Made by a program: the position numbers and the translations under genes
The notes under the pieces: generated by a model
Told to the model about the DNA's origin: nothing
Seen by the model: only the letters and a program-made list of their open reading frames with translations
Database searches by the model: none
Assembly (NCBI GenBank): GCA_024704765.1
Contig: JAKMXF010000222.1
Location: 1,616,400-1,680,399 of the forward strand
Direction: 5' to 3'
Origin: Oopsacas minuta
Taxonomy: Eukaryota > Animalia > Porifera
DNA length: 64,000 bases
In this document: positions 23,367 to 36,056 of the stretch, piece by piece
Layout: each line of letters starts with the position of its first letter
Numbering within the stretch: the first letter of the stretch is position 1

Positions 23367-26300
23367 ATGCAACCTTACAACTCAACTATTTCAATCAAGA
23401 AAAGAAATTACGAGATGCTTTACAAAGAACTCTTCGTAGAGAGAGAAAAGCTTTTAGAAGAAATGCAAGAATACAGGAATCTACAGCAACTATTTGATGC
23501 AAACAAGAAAAAGTGTGATCAAGTAAATGCAGAATGTGAGAGGTTTATGCAAGTTCTACTTGTACATTATGAAATACTCAACCAATCTAAAGCGGAAGAG
23601 AAGGAGAGAGCTAGAAAATGGACATGTGAAAGTGATCAGTTAAAAGAGATGGTTACTTCTTTATCAAGACAGGTTATTGAGAAGGATAAAGAATTACAAT
23701 TTTTCAAATCTAAAAATCAGGTAACAAATCAATTTATAATTATTAAAATCTTCGTTTATAATTCTGAAATTTCGTAATATAATTTTCCAATAAATTACTT
23801 AATCTGTATAATGAAGATACTGCAAAAATATAACTTGTATTCTAATTGTTGTTTGTGGTGAGTTGTTAGCGACCTGCAATTCGACTACGTTAATAATAAA
23901 TACTTGTGATTATTCGCGTATTATACCCAGTCAAGATAATAATGTTATCAATGATTAAAATCTTTGGATTGCATTTTTAACTGATCCTAATTTGTGATTT
24001 TCTTACATTTTTTAATCGGAAAGAACTAATATATTTGTGTGATGTGGATAACCTTATTACTGACAGTTTTTCTTACACATTGGTGTTCAGACTCTAAGAA
24101 TTTTACTAGAATACAATTATTCATAAAGTTATACATAAAACATGAATTACGATGTCAACATATTGTATAATGTTAATTTTAATTTTTTCCGTACTATCCA
24201 CTTGTATAAGGTAACAATTTTATCTATGTAATTGTGTTTACATGATGAGTATGTAGTGATTATTGATAAATATGATATAATTTCCTTTAATAGATGCTAG
24301 AAGAGCAATTTAAAGAGTTAGAGATTAGTCAGGAGGAGTTACGAACAGAACTTAGAGTTAGGGAAGAAAAAGTGGAATTATTGACTCAGCAAAACGAAAC
24401 TACTGATTTTAACTTATCAAATGCAAAGTGAGTTCTGATTCCGATTTCGGAGTTAGATACATTTGAAACCTCGCGACTACATAGCAGCACTTGTACATAA
24501 CGTATTTTGGATAGTCCCTTGGGGTGGCTATTAAAGTACAGGGCCCATGAGATACACATTAGTTCTTTCAATACGTACGATGATTACGCAATGCATTTAT
24601 GCATTTAGCTGTAGGAACTCTTCACTATCATTCTACCTTATAATTATCTACATTATCCATACTCGGTATGTTAATTATATTGTCTCTCCTCTAGCTTAGA
24701 ATTGGAAAATTTCAAGCAAAAAACGATAAACTCATTTATGCAAAAGGACGAATTTTTCAACGAGTATATGGATAAAGTAGCTTTTCTTCACACAGATATT
24801 AATAAAACACTCCAGCGCTGTAAAATACCAGTAAGTTATTATTAATGGATAATTATTTGCTAATTAGGATAAGGATTTGACAGTTTATACAAACCAAAAG
24901 CATATACACAAAACACATACTGGTTGTGTAATCAATTGATATTTATGTCAAACTCTAGCATAGAAGTTAGTTAACGTGTTACATCATAAGTATACATAGC
25001 AACTAAAATGTCAATTTGGCTATTCTCTGTATTTAATCAATTCATTATTATTCCTATAATAGCATCTTAACTGTGTTACGTAGTTAATAACTATAATGAT
25101 GAATTATAATTTTGAACTTGATACATTATCGTCATTTAATTCAATAGTATTGTATCTTAATGGCATTAAAATGTTGCATTAGTAGCACGAGGTAGGAACG
25201 CCTGCTAATTTTCATTAGCAACGCACCCTTGCATATTTTATCCATCGTACCGAGAGTGATATGTATAGGAATATGATGTATGTATAACAAGTCAGGCGGA
25301 CTAGAAACATATGATACCTCCTAAAGATATTTTATCTGTAGGAAGTTAATTGAATACTACCAGCCCTCATCCATTAAGTAGCTATTTAGCGGTTACGCCC
25401 TACTATCGTTATATACCATACTTGTCTCTAACACTTTCTTAAGAATTCTAACTTATACTTACTAGATGATGTAACAAGTGAATTACTACAATATCTTCCT
25501 ATTATAGATATGCAGGATCGTAAAGCCAATACGTACTAGCTGTTACAATGACCAGATTGAAGCTATGAAGGAGAGCATCAACCAGTTAGATGAAGTAGCT
25601 TCTAATGCAATTAATTGCATTATCAGACAAGAATCATTGAATGACCTTAAAATTGAGAAGTAAGTTTGTTTTTATTATAAATCTGAATAAATAGCACATT
25701 GTTCTGCTTGGATACGACAGTTTTGCCAAGTAATTAATTAATTCTGTTAATAATTGTAATTAGAGTACTTATTCGCAGCGCCATATGTTGATAGATATAA
25801 ATTTGGTGCTACGTAAATATAGCAGCTATTTGATGACGTAAATCATGGGTTTGGTGTGGATTAGTAATATGTTACTACGATTTCATAGCAACACATGGTA
25901 CTACGAATAAAAATAATCATAATTATAATTATAAATATTGCAATGTATTCCTTCTCTGAATTCGTTTTATACTTATATTTGAAAACCGTGTAAAACGCCC
26001 TTGGGAATCGCTTTCATCGCCGAGGCACAAAGCCAAGTATCCACCGAGGTAACTAAGAAATAAGTAGCACTAATCCAACTAGAAATCATAGAACGCCCTA
26101 TTCATTCAATAGCATACAGTTTATATGTTTATAACTTAGTGATAAACTACGTGACGAACAAGAAGAAACTTGGCATCGCTTTAGAATGGAAGAAGCGTTA
26201 GTAGCAACACTCAAAGCTACAAATCGATACAACAAAACTTCAAAAGATGAACTAGAAAAACAAGTAAACTCATATGCAGAAAGAGAACGTGGAAGAACTA

Positions 26301-26837
26301 ATACTATACAATGTCTACTGAGAACAAATGATGAACTTAAATGTGAGAGCAGGAGGTATCAAGATCAAGTCAAAATGCTACAAAGAGATAAAGATCGCTT
26401 ACAAAAAGAGACAGATAGTGCTAAATCTGATGCTAAAACAGCTATGCTCAGTTTAAATGAAGAACCACATATGCTCTGTGAAAGCAATCTCACACTACAA
26501 CAAAAAGTAGTCATAGTTTAATTACTAAAATTATTTTGGTAGATTATACATTGAATATGATTCATTTTATAGATCAAAGATTTAGAATATGACATAATTC
26601 AAGGTAACAGAGAAATAATTAGCCTTGAAAGAATGATTGATAGAATTAGAACGGTGAGTATCAGCTGGATATTATAATTCTTTTCTATTGAATTAAATTA
26701 ATATTTATAATATTTTGTAGACATTAAGATTGAATATTCTCGTAATCAACAATTGCGAATCTTTAACTACACTTTTAAATGAACTCGAAAATCCTAGCCA
26801 ATTCAACTGGAACTCAATTGAACAGACAGTTTCATGA
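23367..26837 (+). CDS. Uncharacterised coiled-coil protein, 7 exons, about 446 aa
   Basis: Phase-consistent GT-AG exons 23367-23720, 24294-24427, 24695-24830, 25508-25659, 26140-26506, 26573-26653, 26721-26837 with no internal stops; E/K/Q/L-rich heptad-like composition. Confidence 0.85.
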
Positions 26838-27628
26838 CAATACTTCAACCTCAATATTACCTTACGTATTGATAATATTGTTTAATATTATTTCATTGCA
26901 TTCTCTTACATCATGTTTTACTCGATTAATTTTAACTTTTCACTTCAGTTATCTTTGCAGTTTTGGGAATAATTAAGGTATTATGTATGAGTCAGCTGGA
27001 AAATAATATCACATATTTAGGCTATATTTTAAATTAAGTTTTCACCCGGTCTTGGAATCTCAAAAATTCAACGAAATCGGAATTGCCAGCAACGTAGTCA
27101 GGATTTTCCGACGGGCACAACTCTAACCTGGTGCGTGTGTGAGTTAGAATCCGTAGGCAATGCCAAATTGAATTAATCTGTTAGATGCAAAGACCGATAT
27201 GTGCACAATATAGTCAATATATTCAGTAGAACCCGGTTAATACGTACAATAAATCCTCCATTAGGGAAACCTCCATATTAAGAGCTCTTTCAGTAGTCCC
27301 AATAATGTACCCTAATTGGAGGTTTCACTGTCCAAGAAGTACAGTGTATGGTGACTATGCTCCAATTAAACCAAAAAGTTATTTCCCATTCATCTAAATA
27401 CAATCAAAGACTATGATACATTCCTTAATCAGATAAGACGTATCCTCATGGAAGTACGACACTTGTGCAGCTTAGTGCACAATTTTGGTGCGACATTTTG
27501 TGTACAGATTTTCTGTGTAACTTAGAAATCAGTCTAAGGTTACAGCTCCCTTTATCTCGGCGAACTGCACAGTAGTAGAATCTTTCATTTACGATAATAA
27601 ATAGAATTTCTCTTCTTGTACAGATATA

Positions 27629-27713
27629 CAGTCAACATCCGTTATCTCGAACCCTTAGAGGAAATCAAACTCTGTTCGACTTAACTGGCATTCGAGATAG
27701 CGGATATTGACTG
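27629..27713. mobile_element. 85-bp Tc1/pogo-type MITE
   Basis: TIR CAGTCAAYATCCGYTATCTCGAA at both ends with TA flanks. Confidence 0.7.
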
Positions 27714-30700
27714 TAGTACAATTATTTTATTTGTTTTAGTAAAAATATGCTTATATTTTTTAAGAGAAAATTCAAGAAAGGCCCGAGTTTTAATTGAACC
27801 CTAAGTCCAAATTAAGAAGATTCCAGATCTACTCAAATTTCCATGAAAGTTCAATTTCATTTTACAATTGATTCAATTAATTAAAAGGTTTTGTCTAACG
27901 GGCGATGAACATCAATAAGTATTGAATACCTATATAACATCTAAAGGTTGCTTTTCAAAAAAGTTATACTGTACGAATAATTATTTGCTAATTCTGCTAG
28001 TTTAATAGTTCAATATATTCAATCCTGCGGGGGTACGTGCCCCCTTGCCCTGGGATTACCTTAAATGGGAGTGAATTTTGATGCGTCATTCTGGCTAAGA
28101 TAATTGACACATAATACCAACAATGCCACAAAGCCATCCAACCTGTCTCCGCCTTAATTTATTTAAAGTTGAATTTGGAGCGAAAGTTGCGATTATTACT
28201 GATCAAACACAATAATCATTCCTTGGAAATTATTCATGCAATTATTCGCTTAGCAAGCAGAAGTATAAAATACGCCCTCCTAAACCAAATATGCCATTAG
28301 CCAGTATGCAATATTTACCATTCTACAAGGCATCAAAGAATGGCACAACTGATTAAATAATTTACGTTTAGTTATGAGCTACCAATTGTAAATACTTGTA
28401 ACTCAACTTTTGAATTCTGGGTAAACATAATTATGCTTTTCGCCATTGTAAATAAAGGTCATAAATGTTATGTAGAATTTTGAAATTATTTACTGTTGAT
28501 TTGAGCAAGAAATTTCGTCTCTCATCATTATGTGTAATTAGCAGAGATCATATCACTAACTAATTTGGCTGAAGTATCAATTAAGCTTGTTAATGAGTTT
28601 CATTAACAATATTGCAACTAATCATTAAGGAAGACATTTGTGTCACAACCTACTTTATCAGCTTAGTCAATATTATGAATTAATTAATGCTAGGCTGTTT
28701 CCGTATCCCTCTTTCAATTATACATTACTAGTTAAGTTAATGGTTTATTATCGATTTGAATTATGTTACATACTTTCGAAGCGGGTTTTTATCTCAAAAT
28801 CATAGATACATCATACCATCTTACAAATGTACGTATACAACGAATGTGCTTCTATATCAGATTTTACAGGTATAGTTTAAGGTTTGAATACTTTACATTC
28901 ATAAATGCAAATTTTCTACTTTTTATATGTAAAAGATACCTAGAAATGTGACTACATAAGTTGTATTGATAGTCGAGACAATCACTGTTATTCGAACTAC
29001 TTGATCATTGTATTTATTGATCCTTTCTGCTAGCTATACATTATATTCTAAAGCTATATCCTCAACTTTATATCCATAATGATTCAAATAATCGAATAAA
29101 GTTAATAAACCTTGCAATCCCACGAAGCACTGAATCCATGTTCAAAAAAGGATTCGCAGCAACAAAAATTGTCAATAATCAATGGTAAAAAACAGTGTCG
29201 ACAGTAATATGAAATTGTGACAAGCAGACAATGACAAAGTTTAAAAATAATAATTTCAATAAAACATTCTCATCATTTTCTCTTCATAGTATAGCTGGCA
29301 TAATTTACACAAGCTTTATGCTAGAGCTTTAATACTGCTTTACCGCTTATTAATATTTGATTAATAATTAATTAATAAAATTAATGGAGTGATAAAACTA
29401 ACCTCCCAATATCTTAGTTTATTTATCCTTCTAAGTGCTGCACTAAGCAATAAATCTACTGGAATAAGTACGTACTAAAGTGATTGTCTGGCTAAAGATA
29501 CGGCTTGCATATATGTTGGTGAGATTTTTAATATTAATAACCCTATATCCTTAGAATAGAGTGACCGTGTATAACACTGAAAAGTGTATAGAAAAACTCG
29601 CAGATATAAGTAAACTGCAAGGATAATGCTAGTTAGTGATTTATAAGCTAATCATAATTTGTAACAGGTAGTAGTCTGTAACATTAATTATAATAAGTGT
29701 ACCCACCCATGTAAAGTACGATGTAAAACCAACTCTAGATTAGACCTGTTGTATGACAGAGTTTACGTTTGATACCATACGGGTCTATACCACTCCCGAA
29801 TGAAAATACATACTATTGTGTCCCAAAAAATAGAATCATTGAAAAGTTCATGCGGACCCAATAAGAAGTTTCTATGTCATAAAATGATTATGAAAAATAT
29901 TTCAGATATTTATGTTGTGATTTTAGGGGTCACACAATGGCTTCGTAAGTTATTTTTTTACACAATTATGTGATAATATATTGTTCTATAAATATGCAAT
30001 ATATTGTTCTATAAATATGCAATACATTTATTCGGGCAAAAATGCATCGTTTCTGCAATATTGAATCTACGCTTAAATACCTTCATCTCCGACCGCATCC
30101 CTGGTCCAAAATTCACATGAGGTTGGCAAGCCTTATAGTAGAGTAGGCTATAATTTTGGAAATATTCTAGCAGAGAATACCCAGCTTCTAACTTTTCAAT
30201 AATCGCAAATATAATCAAATACAGGAATACTCGTAAGAGATATAAATTATATTATTTTTATCAATCTATTAGGAGAGCTCCACAAAGAGCCCTGTCAGTG
30301 GTTCTTAACCCAGAACCAATCATCCCTCCAAACTTGTTGAACTTTGCACTTACAATCTCTAACATGTTTATTACAAGCTATTGAATATATTATCTGTGTA
30401 ATTCAACAATCTCCCACACATGCTGTAAGCAAGTGTATAAGCGCGAATCAATTTTACAACTAGAAACATTATATGTTATTAACTTGCATCAGGATATTAC
30501 ACCAGTACGAGAGCGGCGCTGTTTTCTGACTCGTTGTTATTACAATGTTGTTTCTGTATATTAGCGATATTGTCGTTAAGCTCTAAAGGATAAATCAGCT
30601 TGTTGCATAATCTGATATCTATTGATCCAAGTCAAAAATTCTCAATAATAACTAATTTTTAATTTGTGCATATAGTGTTACATGATAGACGCTGCGTAGC

Positions 30701-31079
30701 TAATTAGCAGAAAAATACGGACTAGGTTCCGCCCAGTCCAGAGTTTCTCACCATTTTAATATAACAATATGCAAATATAGTTGAAATACTTTCTACTTTA
30801 CCCTGTAGACATTTAGCAGGATGATCCTGAATTAGAAAACAATATATATATATCGATAACATAATGTTGTTTTTTGAGTGGGTGGGCATAGTCATTTATA
30901 TAATGTATTAAGCTATTAAGTCCTGTTAGTTAATTTTATTATACCACCCAGTACACAAGGTTAATTACCCTTCATTTAATAATATATATTCGATTAAGTG
31001 ATCACATATTGATAAATACAAGATAGTATAGATATAACGATAATCAGAGCCATGATCAATAAAGTTTCTCCTAAACGGT

Positions 31080-34000
31080 TCATTTGTTTGCTAGTATATC
31101 TTCATTGTTTTTTAGCAGATGAGAACAAAAACAAACCATAAAAACATTATTAAATCTTGCATTAAAAACTTGAAAAGAATTGTCTTTTTCATTAGAAATT
31201 ATACACAAATCTAAGAGAAAAGAATTTTCAGGGATCTGATCTTCGTTGATAACATAATCTTTGAATAAACCGATTCTACCAATAATAAATTCAAAGAGGG
31301 CCCCGATCTGTATAATTGTGGTTTCTTGACTTGTGGTCTCACAGACAAAGAAATCAAAGAAATATTGTTTGTCTGCTGGTGCTGTGATTTTGGCATTGAG
31401 CGTGTATCCGGATTTATCTTTAAGAACTAAGGTAATGCCACATGTATTGACCAGATTCATCTACAAAATTCCTTAATTAAAGTCTTATAAGTTTAGTGGA
31501 TAAATAATATACGAGTGGATCAGTACATGGTCAGTAGAGATATCACGATAATAGGAGAAGTGAATGACTACAGTTTCACCAGTCTACATCTGTGTAGGAC
31601 AATGCGGTATACAGCTGGGACAGCATGTTGTGGAGAATATGCAAACTAATGCAAAAGATAATAATACTTTGAATAGGTCACTAATATTTGTTGATTCTGA
31701 AAAGAAGGTAGTAACACGAGCCTGTCAGACATTGGGAGAGAACTCAGGAGGTAGAATAGATGAGAAGAATGTGATTACTATCAGAGGAGGATGTGGCAAC
31801 AACTGGGGGTTAGGATATCTCATGGGGAAGGAGCCCTTCATGATAGATGGTACATTCTCCAGTTATTGTACTGTCGGAGAGAGAGTTATGGATTCAGTTA
31901 GGAGGTCAGTAGAGAGAATAGATTCACATATTATGACGATGTTATTTCACAGTACCGGGGGTGGAACAGGGGCAGGTCTGGGATCTCATTTATTAGAACT
32001 ACACAAAGAACATTATCCCAAAGCTTATCTACATTCAGTTACAGTACTACCACATTCTGCTGGAGATACTCCTCTACAGAATTACAATAGTCTTTTCACC
32101 TTAACAACCATCCAGGAATGTGCTGATTCCTGTCTCTTGTTATCTAATGATGAAGGGATAGGTTTACATAAGAGTAGTGTAAGTATCGCAACCAGATGCC
32201 AAAGTTACACTATTGAAGAAGTTAACGCAAGATTTACAAGGAATATTCTGGGATTGTATAGTCCTGCTGTATCACTGTCAGACAGCAACCAAACCTCACA
32301 ATTACAAAATCTACTATCGTATTTATCACCAGACAATTATCATAAATTCTTCACTATCCATCAGGTATCAAGCACAACTGCTACACCTGCCTATCTCCTA
32401 AAGCAAGTCATTATACAGAAATTGAATACAGACTACGCTAAAGATAAAATCCTCAATACTCACAGTGCTGTCTTAGTAACCAGAGGAATGAAGGATAGAG
32501 ACAGTATGCATGCGTATACAGAAGTTAAAGATAAAATCACTCATCTCTTATACCCAGCAAGCACTAATAGCATTATAGATATATTGCACTGTGATGGTAG
32601 TTTCCCGTGTAATGAGCGTAGCAGTGTTACATTGGGATTAAATAGCTCACTAGAAAAAGAGTTCTTCCAGCGTGTAGTAACAAATTCTAGTTTGCTCCTA
32701 TCTCAAAGAGCTTATTTACATTGGTACCATAAGTACGGAGTCACAGATGAGAAGTTTAAACAAAGTATAGAATCATTGAGTGAATTAATTGCACATTATT
32801 AAAGTATAAATATATTATTCTCATTATTAGCATAAATTACCTTTGATAACTCTTTAGGAAATACGTCCACTAGTTTAGAAAGAATTCTGTGTGTTTTTCC
32901 TTTACACTTTAAAGCATGTTCAATAGTAGACGTTTGTATCCTGCTACTGTTACCAGTAATCTCTGTAATTATAATCTCTTTTTGATTTACTGATGAACTC
33001 CTCTCTAGTATCCCTAAGGAAATTACAGAGTAGATTTACAGTGTAATGTTTCGAGAGGTAATATTATACGTTAAATATACATGATTTACTAATTGTATAA
33101 TAATCTGTGAATTTTATACTAGCAAACATATATTTCTTTTTTACAAGATGGAGCTGTGTCCACATAGTTACATTAGTGCAAATTCCAGGGCTTGCAATCA
33201 CTTAGCAAACCCGATTGTACATTGGGTAAATACAATCTAGTAAGATAATTACCCTAAATGCGATTAAAACAGTGATTTCACTGAATGTACTCCAAATATT
33301 GTAAATACGAAATGTATACTTAGCCACATCTGTTGGTTAACTCAGCAACTAATTACTTTCAGCATAAAATATACGTATTTTTAGTAGAGTCAAATTGTCT
33401 AAGTATATACTTAATTATTGGAATTAGCATATGATATCCATAGACACAAGTAGTTATTTGAAATTATCAGAATTGCAATTTGATAAGTACAAACACTATA
33501 TCAGCTTGTTATCGAGTCGTAGTTATGATAAAGTTACATCTAAGTACAAGTAAGACCCATAGTAGTTATATTGTTGCATTTGTAGACTTAATATAATGTT
33601 CATAGTAATAAAGTGAGTATTAACTGCTGGATAGTTAGTACGTTTACTGGTATAAGTTAGAATCTAACTAGACTGTAAACAGAGCCTGTGAGGGAGTTTT
33701 CATTCTACAGAACACGCACAACTTATTGGATTCTGTTTCTGTTTCTTGAGCTGAAAGAGAAAATTCTTTCCCGCATAGCTCACACTTTACTAGATTTAAT
33801 CCCAGTGTTTTCTTATGGTCTAGGAACATGGGAATATCCTTATTCTTAACATCCCATACCAACATATATCCACCACTGTCTACAGATGCTAACCTAGATC
33901 CGTCAGTACTGACACAGCAATCCTTAACCCAAGCATCATGACCCCGTAGCATTATAACATGCTTACTAGATATGTGAGGGAGGTCCCATACACAAATACA

Positions 34001-35675
34001 TGCATCATAACCACACGACACAAATACTTGATTGTTATCTGCGAAATGTGTAGCACATACACAACCTTCATGTTTGACAAAATCAGTTGCACCCTGCTTC
34101 CTAAATGATCCAGCTTTAAGATCCCATAATTTCACTGATTTATCCCAAGAAGCAGTTACAAGTAGCCTAGCATCTGGTGATATATCACATGAACTTACTA
34201 CATTAATGTGACCCTCTATGTTAAGCAGTCTCTTGCAGGTTCTCAAATCCCACACCCTCACTCTACGGTCCATAGAAGTGCTAACTAGCACTTCTCCCCA
34301 GCTAGACATCCGTACACATGTAATACTGTTGTCATGAGCTTTAAACTCAAATATCTTTCCACTAACTCTACAATCATACCCTCTTAACCATGTATCATCA
34401 CAAGCAGTAGTTACAAGGTTCCTATCTGCATTACCGTCACAGCTTAATACTGCTCTGTCATGATTTTGAGTCCATGTAGCCTCCCCTCTAACTGCGTCCC
34501 ATAACGAGACATTGTGATCCCATGATCCAGTGAGAAAGCTAGATGATGTGAAGGCCCGTGAACAGCTGATAGAATCTTTATGATGATTATAGCTAGAAAA
34601 GTCAAATCCTCTTTTCTCAAAATTCCAAATACCCACCAGCCCCTCCTCATCTCCCAGCACCACCTGTCTCTCTCCATTGATATAGTGACACGTGTTCAAA
34701 GACTGGTTGCTAACCTTCAAGGCACTCAACATGGAAATAGATAATTGTGTTAATTTAAAGCAACCATTCTTGAATTATTTTGCATACAAATTGCTTATTT
34801 AATCATAAAATTGTGGTTTTAATAGAATTCTAAGGAGGAGCTGAGAGGCTTCCTCACTCAAGAAAAACGATTAATATCTTTGTAAAATAAATAAATACTT
34901 TAAACACTTTAAACAGTATTACTACGAGAATATGATAGAATTATTTAACATCCAAATGTAAATTGTCGAGAAAAATGAAGAAACAGACGAGATAATCAAA
35001 ACTAATCTTGTTCTCAAATTAACACTTTCTAAAATAGCCAATACAAATTATTAAGTTACCTGGTAGAATATTACTTCGTGATTCTTGTGTATTGAAACCA
35101 TTGAGATTTAATAGTAGTGAAGACATGGACTGAGAATATAACTCATCAGTTTCTCCGTAGCCTACTAGGGATAGATACGATAAGAATTACTTGCGAAACA
35201 AGTAGCAGCTAGCACAAACTTTCTCAATTGTTCGTATTATTATTATTAGTTTTCACCAGACACGATTTTTATGCAAAATGTATAATATTCAAAATTCGGA
35301 AAACAGCTTTCTCTTTTGCAAATGTACTCAAAATATATAAAAAATCACAAATAATCGTCCAATTTACGTAATGCATAATTATCTGTTATATAGTTAATTA
35401 CCTGTGTTTGAATCAGTATTGTCTTCTCTTATATCAGTATTGTCTTCTCTTATATCAGTATTCAATAATAAAACATCGTTGTTTGAAGAGAAGATTGAAG
35501 ATGGAGAATCAGAAATGTTCCACTGCTCCATACAATCTCCTTTAGGACCACATCCTATGAACTTTAAGCTTTCTTTATTTGAAAGTGTAGAATCTGAATC
35601 TAAAATCTCTTCACATACCTCATTATCATTATCAGGTCGTAAATCTACAGTTTCCTCGTTAATTGGCTGGCTCAT
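31080..35675 (-). CDS. Four-exon OB-fold protein resembling the POT1/TEBP-alpha C-terminal domain (about 310 aa); hosts two nested genes
   Basis: Exons 35675-35402, 35164-35060, 33013-32841 and 31460-31080 join in phase (1,1,0) with GT-AG ends. The protein contains THRILSKLVDVFPKEL, ITLVLKDKSG.TLNA...YFF and LLDLCIIS...FQVFN, matching recalled POT1-C motifs (YRIRAKL..YKP; TFTLDDGTG.LEA...FF; WLECFIKSY...YQIF). Confidence 0.6.
31564..32802 (+). CDS. Zeta/delta-type centriolar tubulin, intronless, nested antisense in an intron
   Basis: GQCG, VDSEKKVV, GNNWGLGY, HSTGGGTGAGLGS, GDTPLQNYN and RAYLHWY. GDTPLQNYN is closer to recalled zeta-tubulin than to delta-tubulin (GEVIVQNYN). Confidence 0.8.
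   Translation: MTTVSPVYICVGQCGIQLGQHVVENMQTNAKDNNTLNRSLIFVDSEKKVVTRACQTLGENSGGRIDEKNVITIRGGCGNNWGLGYLMGKEPFMIDGTFSSYCTVGERVMDSVRRSVERIDSHIMTMLFHSTGGGTGAGLGSHLLELHKEHYPKAYLHSVTVLPHSAGDTPLQNYNSLFTLTTIQECADSCLLLSNDEGIGLHKSSVSIATRCQSYTIEEVNARFTRNILGLYSPAVSLSDSNQTSQLQNLLSYLSPDNYHKFFTIHQVSSTTATPAYLLKQVIIQKLNTDYAKDKILNTHSAVLVTRGMKDRDSMHAYTEVKDKITHLLYPASTNSIIDILHCDGSFPCNERSSVTLGLNSSLEKEFFQRVVTNSSLLLSQRAYLHWYHKYGVTDEKFKQSIESLSELIAHY
33668..34732 (-). CDS. WDR88: WD40-repeat protein WDR88-like, intronless, nested in an intron on the same strand as its host
   Basis: Multiple GH..WD repeats; WDLKAGSFRKQG...HEGCV motif; C-terminal CxxCGK.F...CVFCR. Confidence 0.75.
   Translation of the reverse strand: MLSALKVSNQSLNTCHYINGERQVVLGDEEGLVGIWNFEKRGFDFSSYNHHKDSISCSRAFTSSSFLTGSWDHNVSLWDAVRGEATWTQNHDRAVLSCDGNADRNLVTTACDDTWLRGYDCRVSGKIFEFKAHDNSITCVRMSSWGEVLVSTSMDRRVRVWDLRTCKRLLNIEGHINVVSSCDISPDARLLVTASWDKSVKLWDLKAGSFRKQGATDFVKHEGCVCATHFADNNQVFVSCGYDACICVWDLPHISSKHVIMLRGHDAWVKDCCVSTDGSRLASVDSGGYMLVWDVKNKDIPMFLDHKKTLGLNLVKCELCGKEFSLSAQETETESNKLCVFCRMKTPSQALFTV
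35413..35461. repeat. 21-bp coding tandem repeat (about 2.3 copies)
   Basis: TCAGTATTGTCTTCTCTTATA repeated; encodes NTDIRED twice in the minus-strand OB-fold gene. Confidence 0.85.
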
Positions 35676-35724
35676 TATATTATCTACACCTTGCTATTTA
35701 TACTCAAGACTGAAGATATAAGTA

Positions 35725-35945
35725 CCGTATTTTTCTGAATAAGGTCAAGGTTGAAAAGTACCAAGACTTGTGATTTATCGCCGCCCTCTAGGAGAATTAT
35801 TGATGAAATCATTTTACTATCCAACAAATTAAGATGAATTAGGTTCCTAAAATTTTTTGTATTTTCAAAAATCGAAAAAAGATTTTTAGACGAAAAATGG
35901 CCACGAAAATAATAAGCGTCGGGGCGCTTCTTCAGAACAATACGG
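35725..35945. mobile_element. MITE with CCGTATT termini
   Basis: TIR CCGTATTTTTCTGAA and TTCAGAACAATACGG, preceded by TA. Confidence 0.6.
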
Positions 35946-36056
35946 TTATTTATTTACGCAGATTCCGCTAAGATATAAGAATTATAAGAACTAGAAGTAA
36001 TTAATTGATTTGGATTGAATAAATATTCGCTAGAATAGAAAAGTATTACAAAAGTG

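Noticed and set aside
29975-30022. 23-bp direct duplication ATATTGTTCTATAAATATGCAAT
   Set aside because: Only two copies with no spacer; an ordinary slippage duplication, not a CRISPR-like array.
35694-35696. TAG as a nonsense mutation in a longer POT1
   Set aside because: No upstream OB-fold exons in a compatible phase were found; a 5'UTR location is simpler, though not excluded.
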